Source: an uncultured Bacillota bacterium (GTDB lineage: Bacteria; Sysuimicrobiota; Sysuimicrobiia; Sysuimicrobiales; Segetimicrobiaceae). From it: a stretch of DNA of 64,000 bases. The stretch lies in NCBI GenBank assembly GCA_963804645.1, contig CAWDRG010000009.1:736001-800000 (forward strand). The letters run 5' to 3'. The notes under the pieces were generated by a model. The model was given only the letters and a program-made list of their open reading frames with translations. It was not told where the DNA came from and did no database searches. Positions 29,228 to 39,049 of the stretch are shown one piece after another. Position 1 is the stretch's first letter, and every line of letters begins with the position of its first letter. The position numbers were made by a program, and so were the translations under genes.

Positions 29228-30574
29228 CTACGCGGGGGCCGGTGCTTCGACCGGACGCGGCGGCGCAGCCGGCCGTGCCGTGGGGTGGCCGATGCGCAGC
29301 GCCAGCCCGGCCGCGAGCAGGCAGAGCAGTCCGGAGCCGGTAAACGCCATCTGATAGCTCCCGAGCCAGGTGTGGACTAGCCCCGCGCCGTACGCCGCGG
29401 TCGCGGCGCCCAGCTGGTGCGCGGCGAAGATCCATCCGTACATCACCGCGGCGTTCTCGCGGCCGAACAGATCCGCGGTGAGGCGCACGGTGGGCGGGAC
29501 CGTCGCGACCCAGTCGAGCCCGTAGAAGACGGCGAACACGGCGAGCCCGATGACGCTCGGGCCGAACGAGTTCAGCCCGAACGGTAGGAACACGAGCTGG
29601 GCGCCGAAGGCGACCGGAAGAAATACGAGCGACAGCCCCCGCAGCCCGTAGTACCAGCACAGGAGATAGCGGCTGTTCAGGCGGTCGGACAGCCATCCCG
29701 AGAACGTCGTGCCGAACATGTCGAAGACGCCGATCGCGGCGAGCAGGCCCGCGGCGGTGACCTCGGGGATGCCGACGTCCATGCACGCCGGGATCAGGTG
29801 CGTCCCGATCAACCCGTTGGTGCTCGCGCCGCAGATGTAGAAGGTGCCGGCCAGCAGCCAGAAATCCCGCGAGCGCAGCCCCGTGCGGAGCGCACCGAAC
29901 GCGGCGCCGGCCGCGCGGCGCGGCGGCGGGGGCGGCTCGGGACCGTCCGTCGGCGCGCCGAACGGCCGCAGGCCGACGTCGCGGGGGGCGTTGCGCATGA
30001 AGATCGCGACGAGCGGGATCGCGACGAGGGCCGCCGCCATGACGACCAGCGCCGCGGTGCGCCATCCGCTGGTCACGACGAGCCGGGCCAGTCCGGGGAG
30101 GAACACCAGCTGCCCGGTCGCGCCGCTCGCCGTGAGCATGCCCAGTACGAGGCCGCGGCGCTTGTCGAACCAGCGGTTCGAGATCCACGCGCCCAGCACG
30201 CCCGCGACGGCTCCCGCGCCTGTCCCGACGACGAGGCCCCAGAGGAGATAGAGCTGCCACGCCGCGTGCATCTGCGTCGTGAGTCCCACGCCGATCGCGA
30301 GCAGGGACAGCGCGCCGAGCGCGACGTACCGGGCGCCGAAGCGATCCATCAGCGCCGCCGCGAACGGCCCCAGGAATCCGTACAGCAGCAGGTTGATCGA
30401 GACGGCGAGCGACACGGTGGCCCGGCTCCAGCCGAACTCCCGCTGGAGCGGGACGATGAGCACCCCGGGCGTCGAGCGGACCCCCGCGGCGACGAGCAGC
30501 GTGAGGAACGTCGCGCCGAAGACGATCCACCCGTAGTGGATCCGGCCGCGGGCGATCGCGGGCGCGTTGATCAT
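29228..30574 (-). CDS. MFS transporter (YbfB/MCT-like)
   Basis: HYGWIV start, EFGWSRA, WFDKRRGL, GWLSDR, 12-TM pattern. Confidence 0.9.
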   Translation of the reverse strand: MINAPAIARGRIHYGWIVFGATFLTLLVAAGVRSTPGVLIVPLQREFGWSRATVSLAVSINLLLYGFLGPFAAALMDRFGARYVALGALSLLAIGVGLTTQMHAAWQLYLLWGLVVGTGAGAVAGVLGAWISNRWFDKRRGLVLGMLTASGATGQLVFLPGLARLVVTSGWRTAALVVMAAALVAIPLVAIFMRNAPRDVGLRPFGAPTDGPEPPPPPRRAAGAAFGALRTGLRSRDFWLLAGTFYICGASTNGLIGTHLIPACMDVGIPEVTAAGLLAAIGVFDMFGTTFSGWLSDRLNSRYLLCWYYGLRGLSLVFLPVAFGAQLVFLPFGLNSFGPSVIGLAVFAVFYGLDWVATVPPTVRLTADLFGRENAAVMYGWIFAAHQLGAATAAYGAGLVHTWLGSYQMAFTGSGLLCLLAAGLALRIGHPTARPAAPPRPVEAPAPA

Positions 30575-30599
30575 GCCGCCGCCGTCCTCGCCGCGTCCA

Positions 30600-31214
30600 T
30601 CACGCGCCCTCCAGGGCGGCCAGCCCGAATGCCGCGACGATCCCGCCGGAGACCACGTTGATCCAGCGCATCAGCGGGGCGCCGATCCGTCGGTGGAGCG
30701 CGCCGACCGCCGTGCTGAGGCACAGCCACCACGCGGCCGACCCGAGGAACGTCCCGGCGGTCAGCAGCGCCGCGTAGGCGGCGTTGGGACCGTTCGCCGG
30801 CGCGATCGCCGTGAAGATCGCCGCGAACATGAAGATCGTCATCGGGTTGGTGATCGTCAGGAGCACCGTGGACGCGTACGCGCCGAACCGGCTGTCCGCC
30901 GGCGCCGCGCCCGCCGCCTCGGACGGGCGCGGCGCGAACGCGGTGCGCGCGCCGAGATAGAGAAGCAGCAGGCCGCCGATGAGATGGAGCGGGCGGGCGT
31001 GGTGCACGAAGAACTGCGACAGCGCGGTCAGCCCGAATCCCGCGACGGCCGCGTAGAACGCGTCCGCGGTCGCCGCTCCGAGCCCCGAGACGAACCCGAT
31101 GAGGCGCCCCTGCGTCAGGCTGCGGCGGATGCACAGCACCCCGATCGGCCCGACGGGCGCCGCGATGGAGGCGCCGACCAGGAACCCCTTCACGAGCGTG
31201 GTCAGTTCGTGCAC
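30600..31214 (-). CDS. LysE-family translocator
   Basis: IAAPVGPIGVLCIRRSL, GLGAATAD, LTITNPMTI. Confidence 0.92.
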   Translation of the reverse strand: MHELTTLVKGFLVGASIAAPVGPIGVLCIRRSLTQGRLIGFVSGLGAATADAFYAAVAGFGLTALSQFFVHHARPLHLIGGLLLLYLGARTAFAPRPSEAAGAAPADSRFGAYASTVLLTITNPMTIFMFAAIFTAIAPANGPNAAYAALLTAGTFLGSAAWWLCLSTAVGALHRRIGAPLMRWINVVSGGIVAAFGLAALEGA

Positions 31215-31244
31215 GCGCGCATCCCCGGACGATGACGTACCGCG

Positions 31245-32015
31245 CTAAACGCGCGGGGTGAGGCCGGGATTCCTCGTGTCGCCGCGCGGCGCGGGATCCA
31301 GCAGCTCGCGCAGCGGCACGACCTCGAACCCGCGGGCGCGCAGCCCGGCGATCATCTCGGGGAGCGCGTGCCGCGTGTTCTCCGGCGTCGAGGGGTGTCC
31401 GCCGCGGTCGTGCAGATTCACGATCGCGCCTTCGTGCGCCGCTCGGACGACGTGCACGGTCATCCGCGCGGCGGACGCCGCCGCGGCCCAGCCCTCGGAG
31501 CGCACGGACCAGAGCACCCGCGTCTCGCCGAGCTGCCCCGCCCGCACGTAGGCCGCCCAGTTGAAGGTGCCCCACGGCGGCCGGAAGTAGTGCGGGGCGG
31601 CGCCGACCGCATCGGCGATCTCCTGGGCGCCGCGGTCCACCGCGGCGATCGACGCGCCGGGGGTGAGCGTCCACAGGTGCCGGTGGTCGAACGTGTGGTT
31701 TCCGACGTCGTGCCCGGCCGCGGCCACGCGCCGCGCGAGCGCGGGGTGCGACGCGACCTGGCGTCCCACCATGAAAAATGCCGCGCGGACGCCGGACGCC
31801 GCCAGCACGTCGAGGATCCGGGGCGTGTGCTCCGGGTCGGGGCCGTCGTCGAAGGTGAGCGATACCTGCGCGCGGCGCGGGCCGCGTTTGACGACGCCGA
31901 CCCTCAACCCGCCGGCGAGCGTCTGGGTGCCGATCGTGTACGCGAGCGCTCCCGCCGCGAGGACGGCGGCGGCGTCGAGGCCGAGCTGGACGGGGTCGCG
32001 AAGCGTGCGGGGCAC
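31245..32015 (-). CDS. Membrane-anchored polysaccharide deacetylase (NodB/CE4)
   Basis: LTFDDGP, GNHTFDH, FRPPWG, VNLHD; N-terminal TM segment. Confidence 0.92.
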   Translation of the reverse strand: MPRTLRDPVQLGLDAAAVLAAGALAYTIGTQTLAGGLRVGVVKRGPRRAQVSLTFDDGPDPEHTPRILDVLAASGVRAAFFMVGRQVASHPALARRVAAAGHDVGNHTFDHRHLWTLTPGASIAAVDRGAQEIADAVGAAPHYFRPPWGTFNWAAYVRAGQLGETRVLWSVRSEGWAAAASAARMTVHVVRAAHEGAIVNLHDRGGHPSTPENTRHALPEMIAGLRARGFEVVPLRELLDPAPRGDTRNPGLTPRV

Positions 32016-32028
32016 GCGGTTCCGCCCG

Positions 32029-33183
32029 CTAGCCCTCGACGGCTTCCATGCGCCAGCGCGTGGACGTGCCCGCGGCCAGCAACAGCAGCCCGCCGCTCAG
32101 GTAAAACGGCGAGGAGGGGTTGGCCCACTGCCACAGGTAGCCGCCGACGAGGGGACCGATCACCCCGCCCATCCCCTCGATGGTCATCGCGATCCCGAGT
32201 CCGGCGCCGCGGACGTCGTCCGGCAGGAGGCGCAGCAGGATGCTGTTCCAGGCGGGGAGGACGAACGCGTACGCGATGCCGATCCCCAAGAAATCGAGCA
32301 GCAGCAGCGGCAGCGACTGGCAGAACGGCAGGGCGATCAGCAGCAGCGCGACCGCGGCCAGCCCGAGGCTGTAGGTCCGCCGCCGGCCGAAGCGGTCGCC
32401 GATCCGGCCGGCGCGCGCCATCAACGCGAGCGCGGTCCCCACGCTGAGGAGCAGGAGAAGAAACAACTCGCGCTCCTCGAGCCCGCGCACGTCCTCCAGG
32501 TACGGGACGATGATCGGGATCAGCACGCCGGCCGCGATGATCTGCGGGATGATGCTGGTCGCGAGCGCCGCGAGCGCCCGCATGACGGATGGCACCAGAT
32601 GGCGGATGCTGGGGGTCGCGAGCCCTTTCGGCTCCGGCGCGCGCTTCGGCACCCGGAAGCCGAGCAGGGCCGCGGCGAGCAGCGGGATGATGAATACGCC
32701 GAGCGAGATCGGATGGGCGGCCCGGCTGATGAGCGTCGCGAGCCCGATGCCGGCCCCGCCCCCGAAGAACCACGTCGAGAACACGCGCCCGAGCGCGCCG
32801 CCGACCCCGGCGCCCGCGCCTTTGGTCAGGCGGGTGAGCGCGGCCGGCCATAGCGGTGCGGCCGCCGCCCCCATGACCGCGAGCGACACGAACACCTGCC
32901 AGGTGGCCTGCGCGAGGACGAGGGCGACGAACGCGAAGAGGTACAGCCAGAGACCCCACAGCAGCATCGAGCGGGTCCCGACCCGGTCGACCGCCCATCC
33001 CGCGGCGAGCTTGAGCGCGACCTCGGCGAAGAAGTAGGTGGAGACCGCGGCCCCGGTCGTGCCCATCGGCCATCCGAACCGGATCGTCAGGATCGTGGGG
33101 AGGAGGACGAACAGCAGCGCGCCGTGGACGAACTCCACCATGGCGATCGTAACCGCCAGGAGATCGGTTTCGCTTCGCAGCAT
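32029..33183 (-). CDS. MFS transporter, LtaA-like putative glycolipid flippase
   Basis: MVEFVHG in TM1, GWAVDRVG, AAAPLWP, LPAWN recall LtaA; start overlaps the glycosyltransferase stop. Confidence 0.75.
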   Translation of the reverse strand: MLRSETDLLAVTIAMVEFVHGALLFVLLPTILTIRFGWPMGTTGAAVSTYFFAEVALKLAAGWAVDRVGTRSMLLWGLWLYLFAFVALVLAQATWQVFVSLAVMGAAAAPLWPAALTRLTKGAGAGVGGALGRVFSTWFFGGGAGIGLATLISRAAHPISLGVFIIPLLAAALLGFRVPKRAPEPKGLATPSIRHLVPSVMRALAALATSIIPQIIAAGVLIPIIVPYLEDVRGLEERELFLLLLLSVGTALALMARAGRIGDRFGRRRTYSLGLAAVALLLIALPFCQSLPLLLLDFLGIGIAYAFVLPAWNSILLRLLPDDVRGAGLGIAMTIEGMGGVIGPLVGGYLWQWANPSSPFYLSGGLLLLAAGTSTRWRMEAVEG

Positions 33184-34367
33184 CAGGGGGTCGCGGACGG
33201 CAGCGCGAGCGGCTCGTGAGACGCCACCCCGCTGCGGTTCGCGATCCGGGCGAGTTGGGCGAGTTCGTCGACGACCACTTCCGCGGCATCCGGCCGGCCG
33301 AGCCCGGCGGCCGCCTGCCGCATCGCGGCCAGACGCTCAGGATGCGTCAGCAGCGTTTCGAGCTGGACGCGCAGCGCTCGTGGGCTGGCCGCGGCGAGCG
33401 CCGCGCCGCGCTCCACGAGGAACTGGGTGTTGCCCTCCTCCTGTCCGGGAATCGGCCGGAAGATCAGCATCGGCAGCTGCTTGGCGAGCGCCTCGCTGAT
33501 CGTGACCCCCCCGGCCTTCGTGATGAGCAGGTCGCTCACCGTCATCAATTCCTCGACGTTGTCGATGTAGCCAAACACCTGGACGCGGTTGTCGGACCGC
33601 GCCATTTTCGCGCGCACATCGTCCTCGAGACGCCGGTCGTAGCCGCAGACGACGAGCGCCTGCACCGGGCGCGGGAACCGGCTGAGCATGCGCACGACGT
33701 CCCCGACCCCGCCGAGCATCGCGTACGCGCCGGCCATCACGAGGATCACCGGTACATCGGGCGCGAGGCCGAACTTTGCCATCAGCCGTCCGCGGTCGAG
33801 CGGGCGGATGAATTTCCGCTCGATCGGGAGCCCGGACACGACGATGTGGTCCGCCGGGATGCCGCGCTCGATGAGGCCGTCCCGCACCAGCCCGTTCGGC
33901 ACGCAGTACCGCTCCACGCACGGGTGGATCCACTGGCTGTGGGTTACATAGTCGGTGATCACGGTGAGGCAGGGGACGGACGTCCGCCCCGCGATCTTGA
34001 GGTCGGACATCGAGCCCGCGGGCGTGCAGTGGACGCAGCAGACGGCGGCGGGCTGCTCCTCGTCGAGATACCGAGCGAGGCGGTCCATCCCCATGCGGTT
34101 GATCGCGCGCTGCACGAACGAGTCCGGACGGATGTCGCCGGTCAGCTTGTAGAACATGCCGTACATCATGGGCGCGCGCCGGACGCTCGTGATGTACGAG
34201 AACTTGGTGACCGCGTCGAATACCGGGTGCACGAAGCGGGCGAAGTAGTCCACCATCTCCGCGCGGCCGCCGGTCCGGGCTTCCCACTCCGCGGCGATGG
34301 CTTCCCCTGCGCGCTTGTGCCCGCCGCCGTAGTTGCAGGACAGGATCGAGAGCAGCATGCGGCTCAC
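33183..34367 (-). CDS. MGDG synthase/UgtP(YpfP)-like diacylglycerol glycosyltransferase (GT28)
   Basis: YGGGHKRAG, VITDY..HSQW, GLPI, ITKAGGVTISEA, PIPGQEEGN; GTG overlaps the upstream TGA. Confidence 0.9.
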   Translation of the reverse strand: MSRMLLSILSCNYGGGHKRAGEAIAAEWEARTGGRAEMVDYFARFVHPVFDAVTKFSYITSVRRAPMMYGMFYKLTGDIRPDSFVQRAINRMGMDRLARYLDEEQPAAVCCVHCTPAGSMSDLKIAGRTSVPCLTVITDYVTHSQWIHPCVERYCVPNGLVRDGLIERGIPADHIVVSGLPIERKFIRPLDRGRLMAKFGLAPDVPVILVMAGAYAMLGGVGDVVRMLSRFPRPVQALVVCGYDRRLEDDVRAKMARSDNRVQVFGYIDNVEELMTVSDLLITKAGGVTISEALAKQLPMLIFRPIPGQEEGNTQFLVERGAALAAASPRALRVQLETLLTHPERLAAMRQAAAGLGRPDAAEVVVDELAQLARIANRSGVASHEPLALPSATP

Positions 34368-35335
34368 CCGCGCGCGCGTCCCTCGTCCGTGGTGGCCGGA
34401 TCGGCGCGGCGGCGGCCGGCTCCGGCGAGCGCCGGCGGCGCTGGGTGGATCACCCGGATGCGCCGCGGCAGGATCGAGAGCGTGAACACCTGGCTGGCGT
34501 CGAGGAGGCTGCCGTCGACCTGCGCCTCGCGCTTCTGATCGAGGGTGATCGTGGCTTCGGCGCACCGCTGCACGCTGAGCTCGGGAACCGGGAGGCGCCG
34601 CAGGAGGCGGGCGGTCTTCCGGAATCGGCGGCCGCCGAGCTCCTGCAAGAGGTACAGGTCGAGCAGGCCGTCCGAGAGGCTGGGGGCCGGCAGCGCCTGC
34701 AGGCGCTCCCCGTACATCCGACCGTTCGCGGCCGCGATCATGGTCGCGCCGCCGCTGTACACTTGGTCGCCCACCCGGATCTCGACCTCGAACGGATCGA
34801 AGCCGGACGACAGGAGCGCGAGCGCCGCGACGTAGTACACGGACCGGTTGCGCGCGAGCCGGTAGCGGGCGCGCAGCGTGTTCACCATCTTTACGACCTG
34901 CACGTCGGCGCCGAGGCCGAAAATGTGCAGGAAGTGGCGGCCGTTCACGACGCCGACGTCGATCGCGCACTCCCGGCCGCGCCGCAGGACGGCGATCGCC
35001 TTCTCCGGATCCTTCGGGATGCCGAGGGAGCGGACCATTTCGTTGCCGGTCCCGCACGGGATGATGCCGAGCGGGAGCGCCGAGCCGCTTTGGATGATCC
35101 CGTTCACGGCGCCGTTGATCGTCCCGTCGCCGCCGAGCACGACGACGCGGTCGAACTTCGACCCGTCGCGCCTGAGCGCCGCGGCGAGGAGGGTCGCCGT
35201 CGCCTCGCCCGTCGGGGACACGACGAGGTCGTAGTCATGCCCGGCCCGCTTGAGCGCGTTGGTGAGGAGCGGGAGCGCGTCGCGCGAGCGTCCCCCACCC
35301 GAACGGAGATTCGCGACGACTAATGTGGCCGGCAT
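34364..35335 (-). CDS. Diacylglycerol kinase-family lipid kinase (YegS/DgkB-like)
   Basis: ANLRSGGG, GGDGT, IIPCGTGN, IDVG, QVDG. Confidence 0.9.
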   Translation of the reverse strand: MPATLVVANLRSGGGRSRDALPLLTNALKRAGHDYDLVVSPTGEATATLLAAALRRDGSKFDRVVVLGGDGTINGAVNGIIQSGSALPLGIIPCGTGNEMVRSLGIPKDPEKAIAVLRRGRECAIDVGVVNGRHFLHIFGLGADVQVVKMVNTLRARYRLARNRSVYYVAALALLSSGFDPFEVEIRVGDQVYSGGATMIAAANGRMYGERLQALPAPSLSDGLLDLYLLQELGGRRFRKTARLLRRLPVPELSVQRCAEATITLDQKREAQVDGSLLDASQVFTLSILPRRIRVIHPAPPALAGAGRRRADPATTDEGRARG

Positions 35336-35592
35336 CGCATCACTCCTTCACGATGCCCGCGGGGAGACACGGCGTGGTCGAACGGGAGGCGGTCATAACC
35401 GCGCTCATTATGTTCCAGAGTGGCACGGAGTGTCAAACCACACATGCTTTATCATTCGCGCCGCACCGCGCAATCCCCCCTCAGCGCACGAGCGCCCCGC
35501 CGAGGGAAACGCAGGCGGCACGTAGAACGGGAAACACGTTGCGCGGCGCCGTTCGTCGGCACCGCATTCGAGTCGAGGCGCGGAGGTGCGGT

Positions 35593-37332
35593 GTGGCGTA
35601 CGCAGGAGGCGCGTCCGAGTTCGGGCCGCGGCCGGTCGCGATGGGGCGCCGCGGCATGGTCGCGTCCGCCAACCCGCTCGCGACGCAGGCCGGGCTGCGC
35701 ATGTTCGCGCAGGGCGGGAACGCCGTGGACGCCACAGTGGCGACCGCGGCCGCCGTCACCGTCGTGGAACCGTACTTTTCATCGGCCGGCGGCATCGGGA
35801 TCGCGGTGCTGTCGCTGCCGGACGGTAGTACGCGCACGCTGAACTTCATGGGCCCCAGCCCGCGCGCGGCACGCCCGGAGCAGTTCAACGTCAAGACGCA
35901 GGACAGCGGGATCCTCGCGCCCATGATCCCGGGCAACGTCGCCGGGTGGGGCCGGCTGCTCGATGAGTTTGGCAGCCTGCCGTTGGCCCAGGTGCTTGAG
36001 CCCGCGATCGAGCTGGCGGAGCGCGGGATGCCGGTGACGCTGTTCGACTATGTGCGGACGACGCAGGCGCTGGACCGGCTGACGTGGCCGGATGCCGCGC
36101 GCACGTTTCTCCGCGACGGCCAGCCGTACCAGCCCGGGGAGATTCTGCGGCAGCCGGGCCTGGCGAGGACGCTTCGCACGCTCGCGTCGGAGGGCTGGAT
36201 GGCGTTCTATCGCGGCAGCCTGGCCCGTACGATCGGCGCGTACTTCGCCGGCCACGGGGGCCTGATCACCGAAGAGGATCTGCGTACCTATCCGGACGCG
36301 ATCACCTGGGAAGCGCCGGTCACGGCCCGGTACCGCGGCTTCGAGATACGGACGACGCCGCCCCCGACCAGCGCCGTGCAGGTGCTGCAGACGCTTCGGA
36401 TCCTCGAGGCGTTCGATCTCCATGACGAGGACCCGCTCGGCCCCGACGCGCTCGCGACGATCGCCGAGGCGATCCGCCTCGCGCGGATGGACTGTCACAA
36501 ATACGTCGCCGATCCCCGGTTTGTGGACGTGCCCCTCGCCTGGATGATCTCGGATGAGCGGATCGATGAGCTGCGGGCGGAGGTCGTGAAGCGTGTGAAG
36601 GCGGCGCGCCGCCGCGGCGCGCGCAACGGGAACGCCGGCCGCCGCCCTGCCGCGCGCATCCGCCGCGCCCGCCGGGCGCCGGAGCGTTCGACGACGCATC
36701 TCGGCGCCGCGGATGCCAGCGGGCTCGCCGTCAACATCACGCAGACGGTCGGGAGCTCCTTCGGGTCGGGCGTCGTGGTCGGGGACACGGGGATCACCAT
36801 GAACAACGGGCACCATTGGTGCACGCTCATTCCCGGGGACCCGCGCGTGCTCGCGCCGGATAAGCGCCGGGAGTCGCCGACGTCGCCGGTCCACGGGTTC
36901 GCGGTCCACGAGGCTCCGGTGGCGCCGACCCACTCGTTCAACGTCGACCCGCACGGGCCGGCGCAGGGGTCGCGGGGTCCACGCCTCGCGTTTCTGGTCG
37001 GCACGCCCGGCTCCTACAGCATTCCGCAGACCACCGCCCAGGTCATCGTCGGGCTCGTCGAGTACGGCCGGAACATTCAGGACGCCATCGCGGCGCCGAG
37101 GTTTAGATGGAAGGACGACGTCGGGGATCCGCTGCCTCCGGACACGCTGCTCTTCGAAGGACGGTTCGCGCCGGCGACCAGGCGCGCGCTGGCGGCCCGT
37201 GGGTACAAGATCGAGGTGCTCGAGGATTGGTCGATGCGGGTCGGCGGCGCCCAGGGGATCGTGTTTCGTGATGACGGTTGGCTGCAGGGCGGCGCCGATC
37301 CCAGACGCAACGGGTATGCGATGGGCTGGTAG
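35593..37332 (+). CDS. ggt: Gamma-glutamyltransferase-family Ntn hydrolase
   Basis: GGNAVDA, VVEPYFSSAGG, autocleavage S|TTH, GTPG, GGADPRR; GTG after GGAGGT. Confidence 0.9.
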   Translation: MAYAGGASEFGPRPVAMGRRGMVASANPLATQAGLRMFAQGGNAVDATVATAAAVTVVEPYFSSAGGIGIAVLSLPDGSTRTLNFMGPSPRAARPEQFNVKTQDSGILAPMIPGNVAGWGRLLDEFGSLPLAQVLEPAIELAERGMPVTLFDYVRTTQALDRLTWPDAARTFLRDGQPYQPGEILRQPGLARTLRTLASEGWMAFYRGSLARTIGAYFAGHGGLITEEDLRTYPDAITWEAPVTARYRGFEIRTTPPPTSAVQVLQTLRILEAFDLHDEDPLGPDALATIAEAIRLARMDCHKYVADPRFVDVPLAWMISDERIDELRAEVVKRVKAARRRGARNGNAGRRPAARIRRARRAPERSTTHLGAADASGLAVNITQTVGSSFGSGVVVGDTGITMNNGHHWCTLIPGDPRVLAPDKRRESPTSPVHGFAVHEAPVAPTHSFNVDPHGPAQGSRGPRLAFLVGTPGSYSIPQTTAQVIVGLVEYGRNIQDAIAAPRFRWKDDVGDPLPPDTLLFEGRFAPATRRALAARGYKIEVLEDWSMRVGGAQGIVFRDDGWLQGGADPRRNGYAMGW

Positions 37333-37389
37333 ACGAAGAGCGCGGCGAGGCGCTCTCGGGCACTGCACTACGCGGGCGGGGGGGCGACC

Positions 37390-37554
37390 GTGCGAGGGAA
37401 CTGGGGTTTCATCGTGCTTGCCATCTACTTGATTCTGAGCGCGTTCAGAGAGTTTGGCATGTTCTTATACGTGGGCAGGTTGTTCGGCGTCCTCGCGTTT
37501 TTCGCGGGTGTCCTGATCCTGTACGAGCAGGCGCAGCAAGCACAGCAGAAGTAG
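37390..37554 (+). CDS. Small two-TM membrane protein (54 aa), not in the ORF track
   Basis: GTG...TAG reads MRGNWGFIVLAIYLILSAFREFGMFLYVGRLFGVLAFFAGVLILYEQAQQAQQK; G-rich RBS. Confidence 0.65.
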   Translation: MRGNWGFIVLAIYLILSAFREFGMFLYVGRLFGVLAFFAGVLILYEQAQQAQQK

Positions 37555-37774
37555 GGCGTCCTGCCCGGTACAACCGCGAGCGGGCCGAGATCACCAGCGG
37601 ATGTCTTCCCACGGGCCGTCCGCGCGGTGTTTGCCGGGCGGTCCGTGGGCAATCCGAAAGGGGTTCCCTTACGAAGGGATAATATGGTGCGGTATCTCTG
37701 TTCCCTGAGATCGCCCGCATCGGCTCGGAGCGGTAGCACGCGGGACCACATTCGCCATACGGGGGGGACACTGA

Positions 37775-38227
37775 ATGCAGAAGTCGATCACGAGGCTCGT
37801 CGTGTGCGTCCTACTGGTCTTTGCTACGGCAAGCATGAGCTCGGCGGCCACAATGCAGCCCTCGCTGTACGATCGTTTGGGCGGCCTGACGGCCATCAAG
37901 GCCGTGGTCGACCAGTTTGTCACGAACGTGGGTGCCGACAACAAGATCAACAAGTTTTTCACGGCGACCGTCGCGGATCCGCAGCGCCTCGCCACCTTCA
38001 AGACGAACCTCGTGAACCTGATCTGCCAGGGCACCGGCGGCCCGTGCAAGTACACCGGCAAGACCATGAAGGCTGCGCACGAGGGCATGGGAATCACCGA
38101 CGCGGACTTCAACGCGCTCGTCGGCGATCTCGTCGCCGCGCTGAACAAGTTCAAGGTGAGCGCCCAGAACCAGAAGGACCTGCTCGCGCTGCTTGGTCCC
38201 ATGAAGGGCGACATCGTCGGACAGTAA
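37775..38227 (+). CDS. Group 1 truncated hemoglobin with N-terminal signal peptide
   Basis: SLYDRLGG, GGPCKYTGKTMKAAH (proximal His), ITDADFNALV; hydrophobic leader. Confidence 0.92.
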   Translation: MQKSITRLVVCVLLVFATASMSSAATMQPSLYDRLGGLTAIKAVVDQFVTNVGADNKINKFFTATVADPQRLATFKTNLVNLICQGTGGPCKYTGKTMKAAHEGMGITDADFNALVGDLVAALNKFKVSAQNQKDLLALLGPMKGDIVGQ

Positions 38228-38308
38228 CCGTATCCTGGAATTCAGAGGGATGAGGCGTCCTGAGTTCCGCCCACGCGGCTCGGGGCGCCTCTCTGTTGGG
38301 CGGGCGAG

Positions 38309-39049
38309 ATGACCGGGCTGCTCGGAACCGGGGCAACGCGCGCCGCCGATCTCAACCTGCTGGCGCAGCTCGCGATGGCGGCGGCCCTGACGGTGGGGAT
38401 GTTTCTCGCGCGAGCCGGGCGCTTTCGCGCGCACGCTTGGACCCAGTCGACGGTGCTGCTGCTGAACCTCGTCGCGATCGGCAGCGTCATGCTGCCGTCG
38501 TTCCGCCGGCAGGTCGCGCCCTCAGTGCCGTCGGGCCTGCACGATCCGTATTACGTGGTGGCGACGATCCACGCGGGGCTCGGGACCGTGGCAGAGCTGC
38601 TGGGACTCTACGTCATACTCGTGGCGGGGACCAAGATGTTGCCGAGCCGTTTGCGCTTCCGGAACTACAAGTTGTGGATGCGGACGACGTTGGGTCTTTG
38701 GTGGGCGGTTGTGCTCCTTGGCATCGGTGTGTACACCCTCTGGTATGTGGTGCCGTCGCCTGCCGCGACGCCCCAGGCTTCGCAGCCGGCGATGATGATG
38801 GTGTCATTGAAGAACTTTGAGTTCACCCCCACGCAGATCACGGTTGCTGTCGGGACCACGGTGCAGTGGACGGATACCGGCGGACGTCATCAAATCGTCG
38901 CGGATGACGGTTCGTTCAAGTCCGACGTGCTGTTGTCGGGCGCCACGTTTCAGCAGAAGTTCGACAAGGCCGGCACATACCTGTACTACTGCCAGTTTCA
39001 CGGCGGACCGAAGGGCCAGGACATGTCCGGGTCGGTTGTGGTGAAATAG
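38309..39049 (+). CDS. DUF420-like membrane domain fused to a C-terminal type 1 cupredoxin
   Basis: Four TMs with His (RAHAW, TIHAGLG), WWAVVLLGIGVY; C-terminal FTP..ITVAVGTTVQW, H, YYCQFH..M copper ligands. Confidence 0.8.
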   Translation: MTGLLGTGATRAADLNLLAQLAMAAALTVGMFLARAGRFRAHAWTQSTVLLLNLVAIGSVMLPSFRRQVAPSVPSGLHDPYYVVATIHAGLGTVAELLGLYVILVAGTKMLPSRLRFRNYKLWMRTTLGLWWAVVLLGIGVYTLWYVVPSPAATPQASQPAMMMVSLKNFEFTPTQITVAVGTTVQWTDTGGRHQIVADDGSFKSDVLLSGATFQQKFDKAGTYLYYCQFHGGPKGQDMSGSVVVK

